Positions 36,208-50,389 of a stretch of DNA of 64,000 bases are shown in pieces. Positions within the stretch are counted from its first letter, which is position 1; each line of letters begins with the position of its first letter. Below the pieces are notes generated by a model. It was not told the DNA's origin, made no database searches, and was given only the letters and a program-made list of their open reading frames with translations. The stretch lies in contig OZ024740.1 in assembly GCA_964016885.1 (NCBI GenBank), positions 43,214,001 through 43,278,000 on the forward strand, written 5' to 3'. Source of the stretch: Eledone cirrhosa. Its lineage: Eukaryota. Made by a program: the position numbers and the translations under genes.

Positions 36208-39200
36208 TTAACAGCGCTGCGATCGAATGTGGCTTTTTAGCCCAGCCAATGATCTAAAATGTCTTGCACAGAGTCGACAACCAAAACATTCACTGGGAAT
36301 AGCCGGCTCTGGTTAGAGTTCATGTACTTTTGCATGTCGTTTGAGCCCTCCTGCTGGTTTACATTCTCTACCACATGCTTGGCAAGCATGATGAGTAGCA
36401 TCTCCAACAGCAGCCTGGTAGTCAACCACTGGTCTTACTTTATGACTGCGACGATGACTTTCGAGTTCAGCTTTGCTTAGGAAGAGTCTCGCACAGACGC
36501 TGCATGTCAGCACCATAGGAAGACCTTCGCCGTCTGGAAGTGCAACAGAAATGCCCTTCCTCACATCCCGCTTTACTTTTTTGTATGCGATTTGAGATGC
36601 CTCAAAGGCAACTTTTCCCTCATATACAGTCTTTCTCCATTTATTACGATCAGCAGCAACATTTTCCCATGTATCAGCAGAGATGTTAGCGTCTTTCAAA
36701 GAGTCTTTCAAGGAATCCTTATACCTCGTTTTTGGTTTATGTGGCGGTCGTTTTCCTTTAACTAACTCTCCATAAAAGAGTTGTTTTGGTGTCCTAGAAT
36801 CCTTCATCCTGGCAAGGTGACCACACCAACGGAGTCGTTGCTTAAGCATAAGAGCTTCTATAATGTCACACAGAGAGCTTTCCAAAATTTCGACATCACT
36901 GATGTGGTCCCTCCAGTGAACGCCATGGATCCGTCTGAGACACATCTGATGGAAACGTTCCAATTGCTTAAGGTGGTGTCGATATGTGACTCAGATCTCG
37001 CAGGCATAAAGAAGAGAAGCGAGCACACATGCCTTGTACACCTTTAACTTTGTCTTCTTGCATATGTCTCGCCACCCAGAGTCGCCTTCCTAGCTTTCCG
37101 AAAGCATCACTTGCTTTCCTAATCCTGAGTGCGATTTCATTATCAAGGTTGCTGTATCGATTGACAGTGCTTCCCAGGTAGACAAACTGATGAACTACTC
37201 CATGTCGTTTGCCATACACATAGATATTTGGTTCACTGTACTGCTTACCAGGGGCAGGTTGGTACATGACGACGGTTTTCTTAAGACTGACAGTCAATCC
37301 TAGGGCAGTGCAAACATCAGAAAGTGCATTCAAAATGTGCTGCATATCACTCTCTGTGTGCGCTACAAGATCGCAATCATCTGCATACAAGAGGTCTCTT
37401 ATGATTGATGTAAGTACTTTTGTTTTTCCAGAAAAGCGTTTGATGTTAAATATGCTGCCTGAGGTTCGATATCGGATGTAAACACCATGCTCGCAATTCC
37501 TGAATGCAATATAGAAAACCATTACAAAGTATATGGCAAACAGGGTCGGTGCTGGAATATCCCCCTGTTTCACTCCATTTTTTACTGAGATAGGCTCCGA
37601 CATGTTACTTCCGACATTAACCCAAACCTTCATGTCGTCATCGAAAGACCTAACTAAAGCAAGGAACTTATCAGGGCAACCAAGTTTCTGGAGAATCTTC
37701 CATAATGCATTTCTGTTAACGGTATCGAAAGATTTTGTCAGATTGACAAAAGCCTGATACAGATCCAAACAGTGTTCCATGCACTTCTCCTGGAGCTGTC
37801 TAGCTGAGAAGATCATATCAGCAGTGCCGCGTCCAGCACGAAAACCAGATTGACTTTCAGGATAAACACAATCTGCAATGTGTGTCAGCAGACGGTCCAG
37901 AAACACCCTACATAAATCTTTCCCTACGACAGAAAGCAATGATATACCTCTGTAGTTCCCTCAATCATTCCTGTTACCCTTTCCCTTGTACAAGACCACT
38001 ATTACTGCATCTCTCCAGTCCTCAGGTACTGATTCATTAGCCCATATCCTGCCAAACAAAGTGTGAAGATGTTGCAGGAGTCTCTCACCACCATTTTGTA
38101 GGATGCATCTATGTGGTCTTAAATTTGTTCTTTTGTTGGAACTATGGTGTTGGTAACACACAGATAGAGCTCCTCACACATCTGCAGCAGGAGCATACCA
38201 TTGTTGTTACACTTTCCCACCCCATGCCTTCCGATTACATTCCATGTGTTAAAATCCCTACCCACTCTAGTATTAAAGTCACCAAGCACGATGACTTTGT
38301 CACCCTGAGGGATATTTCTTAAAACACCTTTCAAGGCAGGGTAAAAAGACACTTTTTCTTCATCGACAGAATTCATAGTTGGAGCTTACACACTCACGAG
38401 GGTCGCATAGTCCACCGGAATTCTCATGGACATAAGACGATCACTAATCGCTACTGGGAATTCTTCTAATTTATTCACAAGAACAGTCTTAACAGCAAAT
38501 GCTGCCCCAGCCTCTCTTCTGGTTCCTTCATCTCTTCCTTTCCAGAAGAATGTATATTCGCCACAAAATTCTGTAAGATGACCATCTCCAGCTAACCTCG
38601 TCTCAGATAAAGCTATGATGTCAAGATCGTAACGTCGAAGCTCCTTTGCAACAAGAGCGGTCCTTCGATCAGGTTCGCTCCAAGGAATCCCTACCAAGCA
38701 GCGTCCGTACGTTCCAGCAGCCAAGACTAAATGCCTTGTTTGGCTCTATTACAGTGGCACGATGACGAGCAGGCCCAGGCTGTGATAACCTGGGACCCCT
38801 GCCCTTATTGGCAATTAGCTATTTTGTTCCAGAACCTTTATTGCCAATTATATCTTTTATATTGTTTTGGAACATCATTGAATTTGGAAAAGAAGAAAAA
38901 AAAAGTAATAATAATAGTAACAATAATAATAATAATAATTATTATTATTAATTAATGCAATCGTGCAATGCCTGTGCGTGAAGAATATTTTTAAAGTGAG
39001 GAAAGACTGTGCACTGAGCCAATCCCACTCTCTGGGCGACAGTAGCTATAACCCGAAAAGAAAAAAAGATGAACATCATCGGTAACTACTGAGCCGCAGG
39101 TTTTATATCCGAGTTAACCCAGTTTCCTGAGATGCCTTCTCCTAGAAGAATGCCCTGACAAGGGTTAGGGGTTCTTCACTCCCAGTGGCCTAACTGCGCG

Positions 39201-39225
39201 ATCGGGTATCCAGCCCGACTATTTC
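36208..39225 (-). mobile_element. Decayed RTE-clade LINE with internal deletion; probable 5' UTR at 38955-39225
   Basis: APE (RRTALVAKELRRYDLDIIALSETRL, LGDFN), RT (PESQSGFRAGRGTADMIF, GVKQG, LLYADD), LRWCGHLARM, C-terminal C2H2 fingers; several frameshifts. Confidence 0.9.
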
Positions 39226-39376
39226 TATGTCCCCGCGTATAAAAAAAAGAACTCACTTATTGACACTCATACGTACGACATACACACACGCGCACACAAA
39301 CACATACATACACGCGCACACACCAACACTCATGCATACAAAAACACACACACATGCTGCTCACTTACACACGCAA

Positions 39377-40006
<630 letters not shown>

Positions 40007-40150
40007 TAACAGATTAAAGTTTAAGCAAATATCGCTGCTTTCACCATTTAACGGGATCTTCTGAAACTAAAAAAATCAATCTAGGAAATATAGAAATATT
40101 AAAACAATGAAATTAAACAAAAAAAACGGTTAATTCATAGTAAAACTCAT

Positions 40151-40282
40151 TATTTTGCGATCGTTTCTGGGTGGTAGTTCCTCGTATGTCCATTCTATTA
40201 TTGATCTATGTAAAATATATTACAAAATATCATAGTAAGAAAAATATACATACGTCTTCACTACCCGCCGTTTTCAGAAATA
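40151..40282 (-). ncRNA. Degenerate long-stem-II hammerhead related to F4
   Basis: tattt-CTGAAAA-cggc...GAAA-CGATCG-CA-aaata; G8 and U16.1 mutated. Confidence 0.5.
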
Positions 40283-40427
40283 ATATTACCGTCATTACTG
40301 ATACACGATTATAAATAAGATTATGTCAACTCTTGACTTTCAAAAGAGTTTGTATAGTTGAAGCCGTTTGTGTTACACCGTTCAGTATTATCATAATTGC
40401 TTTACAGTATATAGCTATGGCCCTCCA

Positions 40428-40555
40428 CGCTCCGAGCTCGAATCCCGCCGAGGTCAACCTTTCCCTTCATCCCCACGGTGCCAACAAAAGAGAGCACCAG
40501 TAATGCGCTGGAACAATCTCTGGCTCCGTGCCAAAAGCGGAAAAATTATTATTAT
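40428..40555 (+). mobile_element. tRNA-derived SINE (degenerate)
   Basis: gagctcgaatcccgccgaggtcaacc...ttcatcc. Confidence 0.7.
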
Positions 40556-41314
40556 TAAAGTTATGGTTTTCTTAAGGCCCGGTCGCTGGTGCTGGTGATG
40601 GTGATGGCGGTGGATGGTGGTGGTGGTGGCAGTTGATGTTGTTGTTGTGTTGTGTCTGTGTATTTTTTGTTTTGTATTTTTTGCGTTGTTTTTTTGTTTT
40701 TTTTATCGTTTGATGCCGCTGCTGTTGTTGTTGTTGTACATGTTCATTTCATTTCATTCTGAAGCTGTTGTTGCCGTAAACATTAGTGTCGGTGTTGTTG
40801 TTGTTGTAGATGTTGGGGTTGAAATCGAGTGATATACATATACATACATATATATACACACACACATTCAACACAGAGTAGAGAGTTTGACAACAGGTCG
40901 GTAATGACATCTGTAAATGTAAATGTGGTGGTAGGGAGGGTGTAGACGTCATTGTGGTGGCGGGGGGGGGGGGGGGGGGGGGGCAGTGAGATGTATCTAG
41001 TTCATTTGTCCGTTTTCTACTCTGCAAAATTTGAATTTTAGCCATGTTATATTGAGATGTAAGTAAATGTAAAATGTAAAATATAAATAAGGATTGCTCT
41101 GGCAAAATATACGAAAATATTTGTGTAACTTCCACAAACTTCTGTCATGTTATTCCCGAGTCCAGTGACCAAACATTTGTTGTATTTTGATGTTTCAGAA
41201 TACAAAAATTAATTAAAAACTTACCCCACGAAAAGACAGCGCGTGTGTCTATAAGCTCCCTACATACATTCACATACATACATACATACATACATACATA
41301 CATACATACATACA

Positions 41315-41342
<28 letters not shown>

Positions 41343-41345
<3 letters not shown>

Positions 41346-43091
41346 TTCAGGGGAACAGTCTCTCTGTGATATTATTCATCTTGTCATTAAACCCCTTGTC
41401 CTTTCTGCTCAAGAAATGTGAGTGATACATCATTGACTCAGGGGAGGACAGAAATACGAGCCTAACCCATAACTTCTTTGTGGACGATCTGAAACTCTAT
41501 GCCAAGAACATGGATGGGATGAAGAAAAATCTTGACCTGGTTAAAACGTTCTCAAAGGATATAGGAATGGAGTTTGGCCAGATAAATGCTCATACATGAC
41601 TGTAAAGCGGGGAAAAACAACAACCCAATCTAGCAACATTGTCATCAATGGCCTAACTGTTTCACCTATATCTGATGAGGATTGTTACAGATACCTGGGG
41701 ATTGATGGAACATATCCTATAATGGTATCTGTAATAAAGAACGCGTTACATTGGAACTCTCTGCGCAAAACAAAACAGTAGCTAACAATGTGTTTGTTGT
41801 ACCTGTCCTAACACCAACGTTTGGAATACTCAACTGGACGATAGACGAAATCCGAGCAGTTGATGTTGGAACTCGAAAAATACTGAACAACACCGAAAAC
41901 TTCCACATCAACAGTGACATAGACCGCCTTTACTTGAAACGTAAGCAGGGAGGCAGAGGCCTAACATCAGTCCAGACAACATTTGAATGTCGCATCATAT
42001 CTCTCCGACAGCATCTACGAACCTCGAAGCGTAGGAGCCCGTTTCTCGAGCAAGTCTATCTGCATGAAACAGATAAGATCATGAGAGTTGGGAAGGAACT
42101 CCTTGAGAGATATTCCCTGAGTGATAATCAAAAACTCACACCCAGAGATGTCGCTCAGCAGTATCGCAGTGAATCCATGGAGGAAAAACTGCATGCCTAT
42201 CAGCAAAAAATCATGCATGGATATGTTGCCAGGAAGCTCCAGAGTGAGAGTAATATAGATAAGGAAAGTAGTCTATCTTGGACCAACAACCGCTATATTG
42301 GCTCGCACTTTGAAGGATACGATTTTGCAATCCAGGAACATGAGATTAGCACGAAATACCTGATTCACAAAAGAGATAGGGATGCAGGCAAAACACCTAG
42401 ATGTGATAACAAGTGCAGACTCAGCAGAACTAACATGGAGGATCTCACCCATGTCATCAGCAGCTGTCCAAAGATGTCATCACGGTACTATCTACCTATG
42501 AGGCATGATGTACTGGCCAAAACACTGTACAATGCAGTTCGTAAAAAGGATAGCCCCGATAATAAACACATTAAAAGCTACAACAATGTGGAAGACATCC
42601 ATGTACATAATATAAAAGAGTACTGGTGGAATGTTCCAGTAAAAACCCCAATAAAATGCAGGCATAACAGACCAGATATTATAATATGGGACTGGGAGAA
42701 GAAAACATGCACAGTAGTGGAAATTAGCTGCCCAGCAGATGCCAATATAATATCAAAGATTAGTGAAAAGGAGAATATTTATGCAGAACTGATAAGAACT
42801 CTGCAGATACTCCACCCTGATTATACCTTCAGATTTATGCCTGCGATTATTGGGGCACTGGGATATGTTAGTAACTGCCTCAATACAAATCTTGAGAAGC
42901 TAGGCTTCACAGGAACAGAAAGAACACAACTAGTTAGGAAATTACAAGTACAATCCATTAATAGAACAGTAAAAATATGTAAAACATTCCAAATATGTTG
43001 TGTAAATTCCAATGAGAAAGTCTTGTGTCTATGTTAGAAACCGACTCTCTCTCTATTGGTAAAACTTTGTTAAATTATAAAACCAGAAGAA
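41343..43091 (+). mobile_element. 5'-truncated R4/Dong-clade RLE non-LTR retrotransposon between (CATA)n tracts
   Basis: IFQGNSLS, HNFFVDDLKLY, RLYLKRKQGGRGL, decayed CCHC, RHD, RPDIIIWD..VVEISCP, IIGALG (ORF 41751-43037). Confidence 0.9.
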
Positions 43092-43634
43092 CATATACAT
43101 ACATACATATATACCTACATACATACATAAATACATACATATACACACGTATACACTTATATTTGTCTTTATATCTGCGCATGTCTACGCGTGTCTGTAT
43201 ATTTCGTATGAAATAAGTTACGGGTTACTTCATACAAAATATTTTGATATTGACGCTATGATTATTATAATAATTAATACGGATATAAAGGGAGCTAAGT
43301 TTGTTTTACATGATATTTTATTGTTATTTTGCAAGGTCAATTTAATGACAAATTCTATTATAGCACATCAGAAATATATCATGTAAAGTCACATGATGAT
43401 ATGACTGACGTATCGATTATTAATCTACAGAGAGAGGATAAGGTTCAACTTATATGTAAATAATCCATACGCATATAATTATCTAACGTATATATATTTA
43501 TTTAACGTATACATTTTCACATAAATATTAATAAACGGTCGAGAGAAATGTCATAGAAGTGATGTAGTAAATATGTATTGATATGGTAGGGTGGTTGGCA
43601 TTTCTTTCTCTCAATCTCTATGTATTACTGGCAG

Positions 43635-43855
43635 AGGGCGGTAGATTGGCAGCATCAGTAGATAGTCGGATGACATGCTTTGCAACATAGAGTTACGGCC
43701 CTTTATGATCTGAGTTCAAATCCCGCCGAAGTTAACCTTGCCATTCATCCTTACGGGGTCGATAAAATAAAGTACCAGTCACGCACTGGGATAGATTTAA
43801 TCGACCTTCCTCGCCCCAAAATTGTTGGCCTTGTGCCTATATAAGAAACCATTAT
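43635..43855 (+). mobile_element. tRNA-derived SINE, apparently full length
   Basis: A box tggcagcatcag, B box gagttcaaatccc, central domain, short att tail. Confidence 0.85.
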
Positions 43856-44209
43856 TGTAAGATGTAAAACAGTTGAATTCTCTTTCCTATAACAGTGGTT
43901 ATTTTCTCCCTCTGTTTAAAAAAATTAGAGTCCCCTCTGATTAAAAAAATAAGAAGATTGAACGAAAGAGTAATAAATATAGTTGTTCGTTCAGTGTGGA
44001 ATTTTGCATTGATGATAACATTAGGGAACCAAGTGAATATCTTAGCTAGTTAATTTTTGAACACAACGTATTAAATTAAAACAATCAACACAAACATTAT
44101 TTTCGCCAGTCAATTTCATGGAAAGTACATGCTCGACGAAACCGTGGTATTATGACATCCATGTTAATAAATCTAATATTTACTCCACGCTTAGAATATA
44201 TATAAATAT

Positions 44210-44396
44210 ATAATTGTTTCTACTCTTGGCACAAGACCAGCAATTAACCAGTGCATTACTGGTACTTTATTTTATCGACCCCGTAGGGATAGAAAGCAAA
44301 GTTGACCTCGACGGGATTTGAACTCAGATCGTAAAGGGACGTAACTATGCTGGAAAGCATGGCATCCGACCCTCTACCGATACTGCCAATTCACCG
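44210..44396 (-). mobile_element. tRNA-derived SINE
   Basis: Same family as 18.9 kb. Confidence 0.85.
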
Positions 44397-44645
44397 ATAA
44401 TGAAGATCAAAAGATTGTGATGGTATATGGAAGCAATATTTAATTATCTGAATGTCCTATGACTACATTTTCTTTCCTGGTCCCTTTATACATCTCGTAT
44501 ATTATATGAACATATTGAGTTATATTAATAAAAGAAATTGCTATATAATTGCAAATATAAACAGCGTCGTTTGCAGAGTAGACGCATATGTTTAATAATG
44601 ATTGTTTATGGCTATCCCGATTATATATATATATATATATATATA

Positions 44646-44973
44646 TAAGATCAAAAGATGGTTAAAAGAGTTCCAAGTATTTTATTATGCGCATTTCAAA
44701 AACAAATATCATCATGGGATGATATCTGCGTTCTCATCAGATAAAATAGAGATACATGATATGAAGCTTAAAAAACACTTGTGAATAGTGAAGTTTTAAA
44801 TCAATATATGAAAAATAATTTAAGATTGATGTATGAGATTGGGAAAAAGCGGGGGGGGGGAGGTAAGGAAGAGGAGGAGATGAGAGTAAAGAATGGTGGG
44901 GAGGAGTATAATAAGGAAGGATGAGTGATAGAGAGAGATTTTATTGTGCTACAATACAACTCACCTCCTACAT
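44646..44973 (-). mobile_element. F1 pseudo-LTR fragment with hammerhead at 44679-44747, plus a short opposite-strand tail
   Basis: Reverse complement of ~8420-8725; 44939-44973 matches the F1 tail on the plus strand. Confidence 0.8.
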
Positions 44974-45009
<36 letters not shown>

Positions 45010-45480
45010 AGTTTGAAGAGCAGTGAGACAAAATATATCCAATGTTTCTTCTCCTTAGTCCGTACAAACTAACTAGATAAATAATTATTTAAACGGAGCT
45101 AAGTTTCAAATGTAACTTCGAAAAAATAACAGATAAATGTCACAGCTTATCCCTTTTGAGGAACATCCAGATAAAATTTACCTAGACTTTCTTCTTAGCC
45201 CGTAGAAATTAACTAGACATATAATCAATTAAACGGAGTTAAGTCTAAAATACAAGTTTGAAGAAAAAATGTATATAAAGTTTACCAAAATTCTTCTAGT
45301 CCCGACTATCGATAGTTTCGCTCGTACTTAGTGGATATGTCCAATCCTAGTATTATCCATAATGTTTCGAGCTTCTCAAGAGACTCCCTCAGCTGGACTA
45401 AAATTTTTACAGTGATCGCCGCCAGAAATTAATTCAAAATGAATATATATATATGAAATATACATATGTATATATATATA

Positions 45481-45705
45481 TAACGAAGGAAATGTGGTAA
45501 GGAACCAGATGGACCATAACGCACCAAAGTACTCAATACTTAGCGTAGTAGAGTGGGTAATAGAGACGAATAGGACCCGACGGGTGAGCTCAAGCCGTTT
45601 CGACGGCTAATTCTGGACTAAAAAAAAAAAAACAATTTTTTTTTTAGTCCAGAATTAGCCGTCGAGAGGGCTTGAGCTCAGCCGTCGGGGTCCTACTCGT
45701 TCCTA
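45481..45705 (-). mobile_element. Fold-back element family A, copy 3
   Basis: Same tail and arms; centre is an A-run/T-run. Confidence 0.8.
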
Positions 45706-45760
45706 TATATATATATACAATATATTAATAAATGGAAACTATATTTATAAAACCATATTT

Positions 45761-45824
45761 ATTTTATTATACATATTTCAAGGGCAACCAAGGCAAATGA
45801 TGGTGCGCTTTCATCAGATAAAAT
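45761..45824 (-). ncRNA. Minimal type I hammerhead (F2), 3' pLTR
   Basis: attttat-CTGATGA-aagcgcacc...ggttgccctt-GAAA-TATGTA-TA-ataaaat. Confidence 0.8.
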
Positions 45825-47219
45825 ACAGATTTGTTTTATAAATAAATATTGGCATACCCGGAAAAAAAACCTTAACGGTTGGAGCTTCCTGGATAGTGGA
45901 GATAGTACATTTATTGAGGGTAATACAATGTTATGAATGAGTATGCAAATGATTGTCCGAAAGGTTGAAAAGATAACGGTTTATTTAAATTAAACTGTTG
46001 GAAGAAGCTGATATGTAAGGGAGAGAGAAAAAAAAAGAAAAAAAGAAAAAAAGAAAAAAGAAAAGGGAAAGATAGAAGAGGAAAGAAAGAACGATTATAC
46101 ATATTGATAGTGAAGATAGAGTGAAAGAAGAAATCATTTCAAAGGAGAAATATACAAAGAGTAAGTATATCTAAGTGAAAGAAGAAATAAGATTAACGTG
46201 GAAGAATAATATATATAATGCAGAGTTCATTACGTTTTGATTACAATACTTATAATGATAGGTTGAAAAATTAGATTAAAATTAAAAATTAGAAATCAAA
46301 ATTAAAGATTAGAATTTGCCTTAATATGAAAGATTTAATTTAATAATTTAATATTAATAATTATATTATATTAAGATGTATTAGTAATAATATATTGGTT
46401 TAAATGTGTATGGTAAGGATTATAAATTATTTAAATAAATATATAGTATTTTACATTAGAGAAAATCTAGTATAGTTTATTTTATTAAAAGTTGTAAGTT
46501 AAAATTTAAACATCCAAATAATTCTAAATTTATGAAAGATTTACGAGAGTTTACAAAGGAATAACCACTTAATTATATTATAAAAACAGTAAGGAAATGT
46601 AAAGGAAGTTAGAAGTGATTTTTTAAAGATCTCAGATGACTCCAAGGATTAAATGTTATAAAGTTAAAAGGTTAAACATTTTTTATCTTAAGAATATAAT
46701 TAAAACATGAACCATATGTTATTTTATACGAAGTCATAAATTTACTTGCTATAAAGTTTTTAAAAAATTTTTTTAATTTAAAAAATTTAAAAAAAATTTA
46801 TCTTAAGAATATATTTAAAGCATAAACCATAGGTTATTCCACATATATATTAAAAAAAAACTATATATAAAAATCTTGTTTTTCCACATATATATAAACA
46901 TTTGGATATATATATTAAAAACGTTTGAAGATATACAAATATTGGAAGGTATGAAAATAATGGTTTTTCTATATCTTTCAAAGGAATTTTCAAAAGATTT
47001 TTTCCTAAAACCTTCCGTAATTTTTTCAATAAAAAAATTTCTTAAAGGGGTTTCAATCAGTCATATAAAATAATTTTATAATCTATCGATAGATGTAATA
47101 ATATAAAGTATATAGTATATATATGAGGTAAAGATAATAGCAAGTAAATTAAATATATATGAATCATATATATATAGAGAGAAAACATTATGTAAAAGAG
47201 ATAAATCATATATTACATT

Positions 47220-49431
47220 TTATATATATATTTAAAGTTGAGTTTAAACGATGTTTACAGGAACTAAATAAATTATTTCGCAAATTAATAGAGTTCTTAC
47301 TTTCTAGTATAAAGAATATTTCTTCAACGAAAAGTGAGCAGTTTTGGGATAAAGCAGTGTATGAAGGAGCTTTGGAGATAATTTTACAAAGTAAAGAATA
47401 GTTAATATTCTTGGATTTTAAGTCCCATAATAAGTTAGATAGAGAAGTTGAAGACTTTTTACCAACATTCGTTAAAGAACATTTATGGTTATTAAAACGA
47501 GATTTTAAGTCTGTGGAAGTAGAGCCGACATAGTTAAAGGAGTTTTCATTTGTTTTGACATTACAATTGTATACTATATTTTTAACTAAACAATTATTAT
47601 TTAGAGGACAGTTAGATTTATTTCTACAATTTCTGAATTTATATTATTGGGAGCCGTAACATTATATTGGATATTGCTAGGGGTATTAATGCTATTCTGG
47701 TTAGGTTTTAAGTTTCTATTATTAATTCTATTAACATTCTGCACTAAATTCATAGTGGTGGAATATGAGAGTTTAATAGTATGTCTATTAAAGATTGAGT
47801 AATACCTGTGTGTCTTAGGAAAGCACTTATCTAGAGCTTTAAAGAATAATTTAGCTATAGGAGTTGTAATTCTTAATGAGAAAGGGGGAGCGAACCATAA
47901 TATATTTCTAGTTCTATTTTTTCTTTTAATTTTCGAGTTAGTGCAAGGTTTCCTATTATAATTATAGTTATAGTTATCGTTAATTGTCACATCCTTATTG
48001 TCAATGTATTTAATTTCATTACTATAACCTGCTCTACCTAACGCTTCGTTATAATATTGTGCCTTATCTTCAAATATATTTTTATTCGCTGAAATTCTAG
48101 AAATACGTTGCTGCACATAATTTACAATAGTGTTTTTAACGTATCTGGGATGATTGGAATTAAAGTTAACATAGTTTAAATTCTCATTTATTTTATGAAA
48201 TGGATAATAAAGACCAGTATTAAGGTTTAAAGTTACATCTAAAAAATTAAATATTTTATAATTATTCTCTACTTCTACTTTAAGATTAACGCTATTAAAA
48301 AATTGTATAATTTCTTTTCTTTTCCTATTTATTTCACAATTATTATTATTTTCAATACGTAATAGCATATGGTCACGATATAAACCACCGGTCGTCTCGG
48401 GTATTTTCCTGTGTAAAGTATTGTTAATAAAAAGCCCCACAAGATCCGTTAATTGCGCCGAGTCCGATGACCCCCATAGTGATATCGAAATTGCTATCTC
48501 TATCTGCTCTAGTCCAAAGGTGGCTGCTAAATTTAATTAATGTTTTACGTGCATTTAAGATAATGTGCATTTCATTGTTAGTTAAATCTGTATATTTAAA
48601 TGCATATGTAAGGGCTTTATTAAGTAGATTAGGAGTGATAGATGAGTAATAATTAGCAATATCTAATTGAATGAATTTATTGTTATGTTTATATTTAATG
48701 TCCTTAAACCAGTCAATAACTTCATTAGTCCCATTCCATAATTTTAAATAAGATATTTCCTTAAGTTGTGGTATGATTCTATCTAGAATATTCTTGCTAA
48801 GTATACCAAGGTCCGATTTAGATGGTGCAATCAATCTAACTGGTAATTCGATTTCAAAATTTCTTTTATGGTCCTTCAAATTAATTTTTGGTTTCCTAGG
48901 TATGAAGGGTTGAGCTCTATTTTCGATGCCTAATTCCTGCTTTATATAAGAAGCTTCCGTATTTAGTTTTTCAAGGTCATCATTAGTTGCTCTTTTATAA
49001 TTCTTCCTTAATTCCTTCAATATAAGATCATTGTAATCATCCTTTTGCATTCCGTAAAGATTGTTGGTTTTATCTGATTTAACAAGAATTTTTTCCGTTT
49101 TTTCAAAGTTTTCTATATTATTTTGGAGACTTTTTAGGTAATCCTGGCCTACAAAGTGGTTTTTCTTAAATTTAATGCTTTGTATGATAGAGATAATCTC
49201 ATTTTCAAATTCCATTAATAGTTTGTTGGAAGGTGGATTGTTTTGGGATTTGAAGATTCTATCAAGATTGGAAATATTTTCTTTCGCATCAGATTTATTA
49301 TCGAAATGAAAAGCACGCCATCTGAGTCTTCTTATAAATGAGTCCGATTTTTGTATAAGTTGTTTAAGAAAGTCCTTATTCTTAGGTAAAGGTATGTCTT
49401 TTAGAGAAGAAGAGATCCTAAAGAATTCCAT
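47220..49431 (-). pseudogene. PLE ORF: RT + CNCR..CPL..C linker + GIY-YIG, frameshifts near 48450 and 47630
   Basis: SLKDIP..FIRRLRWRA, FIQLDIANYYSSI, GLYRDH (DD damaged), ILWFAPPFS; manual translation gives NIVY..YVGSTS..SRFNNH..SCKHR. Confidence 0.9.
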
Positions 49432-49617
49432 TTTTAATCACTTATAATTTAAAGCGCTCAACAATAAAGGAGCTAAATATATGCAGAGGTTATATTTAAT
49501 TTGTTGGGATTCAACAAGCTTAAGCATTTTTATAACTGATATAAAGCACTCAACAAGTTAGTGGAGTAAATACACAATATATAAATAAATGGAAACTATA
49601 TTTATAAAACGATATTT

Positions 49618-49680
49618 ATTTTATTATACATATTTCAAGAGCAACCAAGCAAATTATGGTGCGGTTTCATCAGATAAAAT
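49618..49680 (-). ncRNA. Minimal type I hammerhead (F2), 5' pLTR
   Basis: Homologous to 45761-45824. Confidence 0.75.
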
Positions 49681-49890
49681 ACAGATTTGTTTTATAAATA
49701 AATATTCTTCCAACAGTTTAATTTAAATAAACCGTTATCTTTACAACCTTTCTTACATTCATTTGCATACGCACTCATAACTTTGTATTACCCTCAATAA
49801 ATGTACTATCTCCACGATCCAGGAAGCTCCAACCGTTAAGGTTGTCTTTTTTTCAGGGTATGTCAATATTTATTTATAAATCAAATCTGT

Positions 49891-49954
49891 ATTGTATCTG
49901 ATGAAAGCGCACCATAATTTGCCTTGGTTGCCCTTGAAATATGTATAATAAAAT
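49891..49954 (+). ncRNA. Minimal type I hammerhead (F2), inverted pLTR
   Basis: CTGATGA 49898-49904, GAAA 49936-49939. Confidence 0.75.
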
Positions 49955-50091
49955 AAATATGGTTTTATAAATATAGTTTCCATTTATTAATATATTGTGT
50001 ATTTACACCACTAATCTGTTCAGTGCTTTATATCAGTTATAAAAAAAATTTAAGCTTGTTGAATCCCAACAAATTAAATATAACCTCTGCA

Positions 50092-50128
<37 letters not shown>

Positions 50129-50304
50129 GTTTCATATATATATATATACATTTTGAATTCATTTCTGGCGGTGATCACTGTAGAAATGTTAATTGCTCTG
50201 GTCTTCTTTTAGTCCTAAAGTGCTTGCCGCATATCTCTAAAATTGCGTTTTGCTTTGTTTTTGACCACAGCCAAAATGCGATCTCACTGAAATATATTTA
50301 TATG

Positions 50305-50365
<61 letters not shown>

Positions 50366-50389
50366 AAATAAGATGCTGAGGTTACATAT

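Larger units (their letters stand above)
45720..50097 (-). mobile_element. Near-complete Penelope-like element (C-terminal GIY-YIG, Hydra-clade-like) with direct and inverted pseudo-LTRs
   Basis: 3' pLTR ~45720-46005, ORF 49431-~47220, 5' pLTR to 49706, inverted pLTR 49707-50097; clade from motif recollection. Confidence 0.9.

Noticed and set aside
45355-45400. Hammerhead-like motif on minus (CTGAGG-gag..ctc-GAAA)
   Set aside because: A9, U16.1 and stem I are missing; at best a decayed relic.
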